From an uncultured Rivularia sp. (GTDB lineage Bacteria > Cyanobacteriota > Cyanobacteriia > Cyanobacteriales > Nostocaceae), in contig OY762007.1 of the NCBI GenBank assembly GCA_963665115.1, positions 7,180,679 through 7,220,678 on the forward strand: a stretch of DNA of 40,000 nt. Direction: 5' to 3'. Of this stretch, positions 9,793 to 18,526 are shown in pieces; within the stretch, counting starts at the first letter, position 1, and every line of letters starts with the position of its first letter. Made by a program: the position numbers and the translations under genes. Below the pieces are notes generated by a model, which worked only from the letters and a program-made list of their open reading frames with translations, was not told the origin of the DNA and did no database searches.

Positions 9793-10368
9793 TTACCAAA
9801 TCATCTGTAAATCCAACACGAAACCAGGTAAAACATCTTCACCATTCAAACTATTGGGATTATCGAAAATTTCTACTTCTTTTCCAATTCGATAAATTTC
9901 AACTTGGCGATTTTTACGATTAATCAACCAACCCAAACGTACACCATTACTTTTATATTCTTCCATCTTTTGTTGAGTTGTTTTCAAACTATCGCTTGGT
10001 GAAAGTAACTCAATGACAAAATCGGGAGAAAGCGGTAAAAATTTAGTTTTTTGTTCAGGTGTTAATGCATTCCACCGTTCTAATTTTACCCAAGAAGCAT
10101 CTGGAGAGCGATCGGCACCATTAGCAAGTTTAAAACCACCAGAAGAATCAAAGACAATTCCCAGGTTGTTTTTTTGATTCCATACCCATAATTGAGCAGT
10201 TAATCCTGCATTACGATTGCTGCTTTCTCCTCCCACTGGTGGCATAATTACTATTTCCCCGGTAGCATTGCGTTCAAATCTTAAATTTTGATTTGCTTGA
10301 CATAGCTGAAAGAATTGCTCGTCTGTTAAATCAATAATTGGGTTTAAATTTAGTGTTAAGCCTTGCAT
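9793..10368 (-). CDS. Uma2 (DUF820) family restriction-endonuclease-fold protein
   Basis: 191 aa. Typical Uma2 layout (…RFERNATGEIVIMPP…, …PDFVIELLSPSD…, …EYxxNGVRLGWLI…, …PGFVLDL). Confidence 0.8.
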   Translation of the reverse strand: MQGLTLNLNPIIDLTDEQFFQLCQANQNLRFERNATGEIVIMPPVGGESSNRNAGLTAQLWVWNQKNNLGIVFDSSGGFKLANGADRSPDASWVKLERWNALTPEQKTKFLPLSPDFVIELLSPSDSLKTTQQKMEEYKSNGVRLGWLINRKNRQVEIYRIGKEVEIFDNPNSLNGEDVLPGFVLDLQMIW

Positions 10369-10392
10369 GATATTAAAATAATATATTTATAA

Positions 10393-10731
10393 CTAAGCAT
10401 TGATAAACTTTTCAGCAGCATTCGCTAATGTTTCATCCATCCAAGCATTGATACTTTTACCGGATTTTTTCGCTGCAATAAAGATTTTGCGGTGATTTTC
10501 TGGAGTTGTACGGAAAGGAAGTTTACCAGAAAAAGGTTTTTCGGGTTTTTCACCTAAATCTTCGCAGTAAGCAAGATAATCATCGACTGAATTATGAAAT
10601 TCTTGACGTGCTTCTTCAACAGTTTCCGCTTTGAATGTTATTACGTCATTAATATCGATAACTCTGCCAAATAAAATCGATGCTTCTGTATCTACTTCAA
10701 TGATTGCTGTATAGCCTTTGTAAGTCATCAT
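10393..10731 (-). CDS. hicB: HicB-family antitoxin (copy 1, orphan)
   Basis: Start taken at MMTYKGY (112 aa). YKGYTAIIEVDTE…FGRV…ITF…VDDYLAYCEDLGEKPEKPFSGKLPFRTTPENHRK…AKKSGKSINAWM is the HicB N-domain plus RHH-like C-domain. About 90% nt identical to 12673-13011. Only 15 nt of the hicA 3' end remain upstream. Confidence 0.7.
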   Translation of the reverse strand: MMTYKGYTAIIEVDTEASILFGRVIDINDVITFKAETVEEARQEFHNSVDDYLAYCEDLGEKPEKPFSGKLPFRTTPENHRKIFIAAKKSGKSINAWMDETLANAAEKFINA

Positions 10732-10942
10732 AGTTCGATTTATGCTTTTTTCGATGATATCATGATACGATATCAATATAAATGCGTTCGCAAACCCCGA
10801 TCGCATTGGTGTGGTTTGCCAAATCTTGCACTTCTCGCAATCAACAAAAACGCCCGCGGGTTGGAAACCTGGGGCTACAGAAGCAAAGCCCGTCTAAGCC
10901 GCAGCTTCGCTGAACACGGGCTAAGATTATTTTTGTATAGAT

Positions 10943-11012
10943 TGTAGGTTGGGTTAGGCGCACAAAGAATATAAATTTTAATTAGGAATTAAATTGCAAC
11001 CTAACCCAACAT
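10943..11012. repeat. Dispersed hairpin element (TGTAGGTTGGGTTAGG … CCTAACCCAACAT family)
   Basis: Inverted repeat read directly. Related copies at 12630-12672, 30368-30437, 30895-30963 and 31407-31475. Confidence 0.7.
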
Positions 11013-11144
11013 TAACCCATTTTTGATCGTCTTTTCCCCACTCGTTTAGCAGTTTTAGTGCTTTACTAAATTTATTATAAATGTTATAAGATGCTATCAA
11101 AGGTTGGTTGGTAGTTGCAAGTTTAACGAAATAAATTAATTTAT

Positions 11145-11321
11145 ATGACAACTGATAAACTTTCTGAAGAAAAGGTTGAAAAAGTACAAATATTTCCACA
11201 CCCTTTAGCAAAAATTGCTGGTAAGTTTAAAGGAGAGTTTTGGGAAAGCACTTTGAAGAATATTCAGAATTTTAGAAAGAGAGAAAAAGAAGAAAATAAC
11301 AGGTTTTTTGATAATCAATAA
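11145..11321 (+). CDS. Small hypothetical protein (58 aa, below the ORF-track cutoff)
   Basis: ATG…TAA read by hand: MTTDKLSEEKVEKVQIFPHPLAKIAGKFKGEFWESTLKNIQNFRKREKEENNRFFDNQ. No family recognised. It sits in the toxin-antitoxin islet. Confidence 0.25.
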   Translation: MTTDKLSEEKVEKVQIFPHPLAKIAGKFKGEFWESTLKNIQNFRKREKEENNRFFDNQ

Positions 11322-11411
11322 TTGTTTGGGTAAGTTTAAGTGAATTAAACATTCTGAAAGACTGAATAAATAAATGATATAATTAAATTTAGTAACTATT
11401 TTGTTATAGTA

Positions 11412-11633
11412 ATGCCTCTCACAGAACTTTTACCTCATTTAAAACAACTATCCCAAAACGATAAACTTTTGTTATTGCATTTCTTAGTTAACGAAATGTT
11501 GAATGAATCTGGTTTAGTTCCATTAGATAATCAAGACAAAACATCAAACCTTGGTTTACATGACTCATTTGAAGCTGCTGCTGTTTTAGCACAAGCTTTA
11601 GCAGAAGCCAAAAAAGCACCAACAAATGGTTGA
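11412..11633 (+). CDS. Small hypothetical protein, upstream partner of the aspartic-protease-like gene
   Basis: 73 aa. Its stop overlaps the next start by 8 nt, suggesting translational coupling. Confidence 0.4.
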   Translation: MPLTELLPHLKQLSQNDKLLLLHFLVNEMLNESGLVPLDNQDKTSNLGLHDSFEAAAVLAQALAEAKKAPTNG

Positions 11634-12039
11634 TAAAGTCAGATTTCCATTCATTCAAGCAAATCCAGATTTGGGAGAATTAAGTACATTTCCCTATCTT
11701 CCTTTGACTTTAAGCTATCAAAATCAGTCTTGTAAGGTATTGGGTTTATTAGATACAGGTTCGAGCGTTAATGTCTTACCTTACGAAATCGGATTGAGAT
11801 TGGGAGCAATTTGGGAGCGTCAAACAATGTCCGTTCCTTTAGGAGGTAATTTATCTCGATTTGAAGCAAGAGCATTAGTTGTAACGGCAACAGTAGAATC
11901 ATTTTCTCCCGTAGAATTAGCTTTTGCTTGGACGAAAGATAGAAATGCTCCTTTAATTTTGGGACAGATGAACTTTTTCTTGGAATTTGATGTATGTTTT
12001 TATCGTGCTGATTTAGCTTTTGAGATTAGTAAAAAATAA
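11626..12039 (+). CDS. Retropepsin-like (clan AA) aspartic protease domain protein
   Basis: 137 aa with LLDTGSS (the D-T/S-G catalytic motif) and …PLILGQMNFF… near the C-terminus. Size fits single-domain bacterial retropepsin-like proteins. Confidence 0.6.
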   Translation: MVDKVRFPFIQANPDLGELSTFPYLPLTLSYQNQSCKVLGLLDTGSSVNVLPYEIGLRLGAIWERQTMSVPLGGNLSRFEARALVVTATVESFSPVELAFAWTKDRNAPLILGQMNFFLEFDVCFYRADLAFEISKK

Positions 12040-12044
12040 ATAAA

Positions 12045-12257
12045 TCAAGCCGACATCAAACCCCGCTTCGGTTCAGGAATATTATGTCCTAAATCTTGAG
12101 CAGTTTCAATCCACTCTTGCATAACTATCTCCACATTTTGCAAAGCTTCTTGATAATTTTCACCGTCAGCGGCGCAACCGGGTAATTCTGGTAATTCTGC
12201 AATAAATGCTTCGTCTTCTTGACTGTAGTAGAGGATGATTTTGTAGCGGAGTTTCAT
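12045..12257 (-). CDS. HicB-like / UPF0150 family antitoxin-type protein
   Basis: 70 aa. YSQEDEAFIAELPELPGCAADGENYQEALQNVEIVMQEWIE is the UPF0150 (HicB N-domain) signature. Confidence 0.65.
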   Translation of the reverse strand: MKLRYKIILYYSQEDEAFIAELPELPGCAADGENYQEALQNVEIVMQEWIETAQDLGHNIPEPKRGLMSA

Positions 12258-12310
12258 ATATCCTCTTCTAATTCTTTATTTGCTTCTGAGGAGATAATAT
12301 GTTGTTTCAT
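12254..12310 (-). pseudogene. 18-codon stub resembling the 5' end of a parE-type toxin gene
   Basis: ATGA overlap with the parD stop, and ATGA overlap with the next gene's start. Encodes MKQHIISSEANKELEEDI, which resembles the ParE N-terminus (MKxYxIxxxAxxDLxxI). Inference only. Confidence 0.3.
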
Positions 12311-12573
12311 GATTGATTCTCTCTAACTTTGCGTAGCTTCTCTCGCAGTCGCTCAACTACAACTTCGCCATCAATACCTTCACCTCTTTCTAATTGCTCA
12401 ACAGCAACTTCTACTTTTTGACGAGTTTCTTCAACCCATTTTTGATAGTCTTTTTCCCACTCGTCTAGCAGTTTTAGTGCTTTACTAATAACTTGTTCTG
12501 GATTTTCATATTTACCCTTAGCAATTTGCCCTTGAATAAATTGCTCATCTTCGGGCTTGAGTCTAATATTCAT
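12307..12573 (-). CDS. parD: ParD-family (RHH) antitoxin
   Basis: 88 aa. MNIRLKPEDEQFIQGQIAKGKYENPEQVISKALKLLDEWE fits the ParD/COG3609 N-terminal pattern. A ~55-bp fragment of the same sequence recurs at about 11020-11075. Confidence 0.6.
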   Translation of the reverse strand: MNIRLKPEDEQFIQGQIAKGKYENPEQVISKALKLLDEWEKDYQKWVEETRQKVEVAVEQLERGEGIDGEVVVERLREKLRKVRENQS

Positions 12574-12672
12574 GATTTTTTTGAATATGGATAAGCATGG
12601 AAGTACTTTTTATTATGACGCAATGGCTTTTAGATTGTAGGTTGGCTTCACGGTGTCCAACCCAACCTACTA

Positions 12673-13011
12673 CTAAGCATTAATAAACTTTTCAGCAGCA
12701 TTCGCTAATACTTCATCCATCCAAGCATTAATACTTTTGCCAGATTTTTTTGCTGCGATAAAAATCTTGCGGTGATTTTCTGGAGTTGTACGAAAAGGAA
12801 GTTTTCCAGAAAAAGGTTTTTCGGGCTTTTCACCCAAATCTTCACAGTAAGCAAGATAATCATCAACCGAATTATGAAACTCTTGACGTACTTCTTCAAT
12901 CGTTTTTGCTTTAAATGTTATTACGTCATTTATATCGATAACTCTGCCAAATAGTATTTCGGCTTCCGTATCTACTTCAATAATTGCTGAATAGCCTTTG
13001 TAAGTCATCAT
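12673..13011 (-). CDS. hicB: HicB-family antitoxin (copy 2)
   Basis: 112 aa, paralogue of 10393-10731. The ATGATG start overlaps the hicA stop. Confidence 0.72.
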   Translation of the reverse strand: MMTYKGYSAIIEVDTEAEILFGRVIDINDVITFKAKTIEEVRQEFHNSVDDYLAYCEDLGEKPEKPFSGKLPFRTTPENHRKIFIAAKKSGKSINAWMDEVLANAAEKFINA

Positions 13012-13270
13012 AGTTCGATTCCAGCTTTAATTAAAAATTCTCTAACAGATTTAACGGCTCCTTTATCGGTTTCTTTTTCTAGATGTAGTTCGTGAAAAAC
13101 AGCTTTTACATTATTCAATTTAACCCTTACCCGCGAACCTTTTCCTTGACTAACATTTACTCACCCAGGGCTACAAATAAACTTTCAATATTGTTCCAAA
13201 GGATATTTGCAGGTATTGGATCTGTAAAAATCAACTCTAGCGTTTTGTGTTGCTTGTTATTTAGATCCAT
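13008..13270 (-). pseudogene. hicA: HicA-family toxin, frameshifted (absent from the ORF track)
   Basis: Hand translation. The N-part is MDLNNKQHKTLELIFTDPIPANILWNNIESLFVALGE*. The C-part, in another frame, is VNVSQGKGSRVRVKLNNVKAVFHELHLEKETDKGAVKSVREFLIKAGIEL*. Together they match the HicA pattern (…GSRVRxxLNGxxAVFHxPHxxKETDKGAVKSVRxFL). One base is missing around 13160-13164. Confidence 0.6.
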
Positions 13271-13689
13271 TAGGAATACTCCTAATTACAAATGATATCA
13301 CTAAACGATATCATGAAAAAGCGATCGCCATTTTTATTTTTGCTGAAAACTACGGTAATAGCAATTCTGGACGAAAGCATTTAAAGAAAATTTGGTAATT
13401 ATTTTTATTTGACAAAAGAGTATCAGCGTTGTATTGTTTGCTACATAGCACTGAATTAAGTGTAGAGTTGGCAAGACGTGGTGTCTTGATAAACTAGAAA
13501 ATGGCAACCAGACCTTTAATTCCTTTTGGTCTGGTTGTAAAAAGCACAGTCAGGCATAAGCTAAGACTTAAGTTCACAAATTTATTGCTATTTATCTCTA
13601 TACTAAAAAACGTATTTTTCTCTTGGGTATTAGACAATTATATAAATCAGCTAAAATTGCCAATATAACTTTACACGAGATAATTACCA

Positions 13690-13890
13690 ATGAAAATTAA
13701 AGCGGTAATCTGGCAAGAAGATGATGTATGGTGCGCTTCTGTACCAGCTTTACCTGGGTGTCACACTTGGGGTAATAGTTATGAACATTTATTAGAAATG
13801 CTCGAAGATGCTATCCAAGGTTGGTTAGAAGTTGCAAGCGAAAGAGAACAGGTAGATCCACAGAAAAAATTAGTTGAATTATCGCTATGA
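13690..13890 (+). CDS. hicB: HicB-like / UPF0150 antitoxin
   Basis: 66 aa. WQEDDVWCASVPALPGCHTWGNSYEHLLEMLEDAIQGWLE. Overlaps the following hicA by 4 nt. Confidence 0.7.
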   Translation: MKIKAVIWQEDDVWCASVPALPGCHTWGNSYEHLLEMLEDAIQGWLEVASEREQVDPQKKLVELSL

Positions 13891-14096
13891 AAGCTGTATC
13901 AGGAAAAGCGCTGTGTAAAATTCTTGAGCAGCGAGGTTGGGTGCTAAAAAGAATGACTGGTAGTCATCATATTTATTCAAAAGAAGGAATAGATTCAATT
14001 ATTTCTGTTCCCGTTCATAGTAATCGCGATTTACCAATTGGTACATTGAAAAGCATTATGAAGGATGCACAACTTGAGGAAGATGATTTAAGTTGA
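13887..14096 (+). CDS. hicA: HicA-family mRNA interferase toxin
   Basis: 69 aa. …LEQRGWVLKRMTGSHHIYSKEG…ISVPVHSNRDLPIGTLKSIMKDA is the YcfA/HicA signature (GSHH…P H…L…GTL…I). Confidence 0.75.
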   Translation: MKAVSGKALCKILEQRGWVLKRMTGSHHIYSKEGIDSIISVPVHSNRDLPIGTLKSIMKDAQLEEDDLS

Positions 14097-14233
14097 TAGC
14101 AATTTTTCGTATTCAAAATCGTGCTTAATCCCCTCTGCGTACCTCCGCGCAAACCTCCGCGCCCCTCTGCGTTTAAAAAAAAACCGCACAAAGTACGGGC
14201 TAAAAAAACAACAAATTAAATCCGAATTTCTAC

Positions 14234-17200
14234 CTACTCAATCCCTTCAATCTTATCCTCAACCTGCTGATACAATTCCCGCAACTTATCCAAGTTACTT
14301 TCATCTGTATCCCAGTAACCTCTACCATTAGCTTCCAACAATGAAGTCACCATCTTTCTAAAAGAATGCGGATTTAAGTTCAATAACCTTTCCTGCATTT
14401 CCTGATCTTTCATAAAGGTGTCATTGGTATCTTCGTAAACCCAGTTATCAACAGCATCTGCTGTTGCACTCCAACCAACTGTATTTACTAAGCGTTTGGA
14501 TAATTCCCTCACTCCTTCGTAACCGTGAGATAACATCCCTTCATACCACTTAGGATTCAACAATTTAGTTCGAGAATCCAAGCGCACGGTTTCCGACAAA
14601 GTACGAACTTGGGCGTTTGCTGTGGTGGTATCTGCCATGTAGGATACTGGCTTTTTACCATCTTTCCGCAAGCTAGCTACTACTTTGGTGGGATCGGAAT
14701 CGTAGTAGTGGGAAACGTCGGTTAAACTAATTTCGGAGGAATCTAAGTTTTGGAAGGTGACATCGGCAGTTTGCAATGCACTTTCAAAGATTTTCCGCGA
14801 GTTTTCCATCATTCCTGGGTTATCTGCGGTGAATGCAAAGGATTTGCGTTTCAGGTACATTTCCTGTAATTCCCCTTCTTCTTCCCAAGTACTATTTTCC
14901 ACCGCTAAGTTGATGTTGGAAGAGTAGGAGCCGGAAGCGTTGGAAAATACGCGGGTTGCTGCTTGACGCAAATTAATTCCCATTTCTTCGGCTTGCTTGA
15001 GAGCGTGTTTTCTCACAAAGTTCATTTCTAAGGGTTCGTCGGCTTCTGCTGCCATTTTTACCCCTTGATCTAACAGGTTCATTTGGTTGACAAACAAGTC
15101 GCGGAATACGCCGGAGCAGTTAATTACTGCATCGATTCTCGGTCTTCCCAACTCTTCTAAGGGTACTAATTCTAACTTGTTGACTCTTCCCAAAGCATCT
15201 GGAACCGGCCGCACGCCTACCATCCACATTATCTGTGCTAGTGATTCCCCGTAGGTTTTTATATTGTCGGTTCCCCATAATACACAGGCGATGGTTTCGG
15301 GATATTCGCCGCCGTTGTCGCGCATTTGTCTATCTAACAATCTATCTACAACGACTTTCGCAGATTTAACTGCTGCCATTGTAGGAATTGATTGCGGATC
15401 TAAAGCGTGGATATTTTTACCTGTAGGTAAAACGTCGGGGTTACGAATTGGATCTCCTCCGGGGCCCCAGGTAAAACGTATTCACCTTCCAATCCTTTGA
15501 GTAATGCTCCGAGTTCGTTATCGGCGCATACTTGTTGTAAACAGAATTCCAAGTATTCAAATAAGGGTTTTAATGCTTCCTTATCAACATTGGGATAACC
15601 TGCTTGATGCAAAGCTTCTATCCAAGGTTCTTTTTTACCCATATTGAAGAAGTTCAATTTGGAAACCAGGGATACTCTACCTTCTGCGTCGATTTGCGCT
15701 TTCACCAATGCACCAACGGTTTCGCGGGTAGTAGTTGTGATGTGTTGCAGCAATTCCACATCTTCTAAAATACCTTTGTCGCTGTTACGATAAATTTCTT
15801 CGATGTCGCGTTTAATACTGTTAGCTATAATCCTTGGTAAGCTAATCAGTTCAGACTCTTCTCGATCTAACTCAGCGATATTAACCAAAGTAGCGATTGC
15901 TTCCTCTGCCGTGGGGGGCTTACCAACTACGTGTAAACCACATGGCAACAGTCGCGATTCTATCTCCATCAACCGACGGTAGACGCTACCAACGATATTA
16001 TCGCGCTCTTCTGCGGACATTTCCTTGCAACTGTCTTCCGGCAAGTTGATATCTTTATCTAAATTCACCATCCGGGCTTTATCCATGATGGTATCGACGA
16101 TTGCAACTCCTCTTCCGGTGTCTTTGAGGGTTTGGTAGGAACCAATTAGTTCGCTTAATTCTTTCAAACCTTTATATAAACCGGCGTTTTCTGCGGGGGG
16201 TGTTAAATAAGATATCGTTTCCGCATAGCTGCGACGTTTGGCAATTGTGGCTTCACTGGGATTATTTGCAGCGTAATAATATAAGTTGGGAATCGTACCA
16301 ATTAAACTATCGGGATAACATTCACCCGACATTCCCATTTGCTTTCCTGGCATAAATTCCAAGGAGCCGTGAGTACCGAAGTGCAGTACCGCGTCGGCAC
16401 CCCAAATTTTTTCCAGGTATGTGTAGTATGCAGCAAAACCGTGGTGGGGACTTGCAGAGCGGGAAAATAACAACCTCATTGGATCGCCTTCATAACCAAA
16501 TGTTGGCTGTACCCCAATAAATAAGTTACCGAAATGCTTCCCGTAAACTAATAAATTCTGTCCGTCGCTGTTTAAATTTCCTGGAGGTGCCCCCCAATTT
16601 TCTTCCAAACGCTGGGAATATGGTGTTAATTCTTCATATTCCGGAACCGACATCCGATAAGCAACGTTTAATTCGGGGCTGGCATACTGTGCCTGTACGT
16701 CGTGGATGACTTGTTCCATTAACTCTTTGGCACTACCAGGTAATTCGGGTAAATCGTAGCCATTATTTTGTAAAGCTTTCATTACCTCGTATATGGAACC
16801 GAATACATCTAAATATGCTGCGGTTCCGACATTACCTTTATCCGGTGGGAAGCTAAATACAGTAATCGCCACCTTCTTATCTAACTTGGGCTTACGGCGC
16901 AAATTCGCCCATTTCATTGCTCTTTGAGCAACTGCTTCAACTCTATCTTGGAGAGCGATCGCCTTCCAGTAGCGCCATCTTTACCAGATAAAATTATCGG
17001 TTCAATCGCACCATCTAATTCGGGTATGGCAATTTGTAAAGCGACCTGAATCGGATGCAATCCTAAATCGCTTTCCATCCATTCTTCGGTAGTTTGGAAT
17101 ACCAAAGGTAAGGCAACCATATACGGACGATTTAACCGCTTCAACGAGTCAATCGCCTTCGGGTGGTCTTGTCTGGCGGGACCACCAACTAAAGCAAATC

Positions 17201-18246
17201 CTGTTAAAGATACTACAGCATCAATTAAAGGAGTGCCTTCCTTATTACCTTTATTTAACGTAGAAGTTTCATAAAAATAAGCATCTACTGGCTTAGAAAA
17301 ATCCAAACCACCAGCGAAAACGGGAATTACCTTAGCTCCCATCGCTTCAAATTCCTGGACAAGTGCCACATAATGTGCATCATCACCAGTAACCAAGTGA
17401 GTCCGCTGCAATACTAAACCAATACAGGGCGCTAAGGGATCTTTTAAATCGTCAGAAATATCCTTACGGCTACTAAACCAGTTGAGATACTCCTTCACAT
17501 CCTCAAACATCGTCGGCGCTAAAGGATGCCAAACTCCCATATCGGGATACACAACCGGGGCTTGATATTCTTTTGCAAAAACGAAATTGCTTTGATCGAC
17601 ATCTTTTAAAACATATTTATCAGCCAGCATTAATAAGAAGTTCTCTAAATTATCAGAAGAGCCTCCCAACCAATACTGAAAACTCAACATGAAATTACGA
17701 GCATCTTGAGCCTTTTCAACCGGCAGATACTTTAATACAGAAGGCAGAGTCCCGCAGCAGCTTCAACATTCCATCTTGAAAAGACGAACCGGATTTCTCC
17801 TTGCGCTTCTTCATAAAGCTGGCGATCGCACTCTTTGACTGTCCCAAATTCGCCAAGGAAAAGCTACCCATCTTATTCAGACGCATAACTTCCGGCATCG
17901 AAGGGAAACATACAGCCACATCAAAGTTATCGCGATGGGGCTGCACTGCTGCAACTACCTTCTGAGCTAAATCTTCAATAAAAATAAGTGAAGCGATAAA
18001 AACATTCGCGGTTTCTACATCCTTCTGAAACTGTTCGTAATTTTCTGGCGAACGAAGTTCCTCAATCAAATAACCGCTGATTTCAATAGCAATGTTGGGG
18101 TGATTATCGTTTATAGTCCGTACCGCTTGTGATAAAGCACTCTGATACTGGGACTCTAACACGACATAGACCACCTTAATTAAATGTCGCCCTTCGAGGT
18201 TATCAGGCTTGATGTGTCTAATGGTGGACTTGACGTGAGTAAACAT
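14234..18246 (-). pseudogene. chlH: Magnesium chelatase subunit H, interrupted by three frame changes
   Basis: Four consecutive ORFs (18246-17716, 17690-16914, 16917-15400, 15379-14234) are collinear end to end with Synechocystis ChlH as I recall it (MFTxVKSTIR… to …VEDxIEGxE). The breaks are at ccc 17751-17753 (one extra base), cc 16962-16963 (one base missing) and ggggcccc 15461-15468 (two extra). Corrected length is 1336 aa. Confidence 0.9.
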
Positions 18247-18526
18247 ACGTTTCCTCGCTCCTATGATGCGTGTTCTCTGGTTCGGCACTAAATGTTTTTT
18301 ATCAGAAATTGCCGCCTTTATGGACGTTTTGTCGTCTAACTGACACAATTCGATAAATTTAAACAATTTTTGCTTTACATTACTTTACGTTTTTTTGGTG
18401 TGCTTACTCACATTTAGTAAATTATTTGTAATATTTATATTTGGTTATTTGGTTATTGATGGATAAAAGTTTATAAAACCTTACTAGAGCGCTAAGGACG
18501 CTAAGGGAAGAGGTTAAAGAGAGGTT

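Noticed and set aside
10732-10806. N-terminal 25-aa extension of hicB copy 1 in the ORF track
   Set aside because: The paralogue starts at MMTYKGY, and homology between the two loci ends 15 nt upstream of that ATG. The extension is likely spurious.
10762-11211. ORFs 10762-10947 (+) and 10978-11211 (-)
   Set aside because: The first is made of repeat debris. The second is a chimera whose only meaningful part (…KALKLLNEWGKDDQKWV) is a short relic of a parD-like gene, followed by the hairpin element.
12705-13295. ORFs 12705-12899 (-), 12772-12954 (+) and 13092-13295 (+)
   Set aside because: They are alternative-frame or antisense shadows of hicB copy 2 and of the frameshifted hicA.
15264-15500. 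78-aa plus-strand ORF
   Set aside because: It is antisense to chlH.
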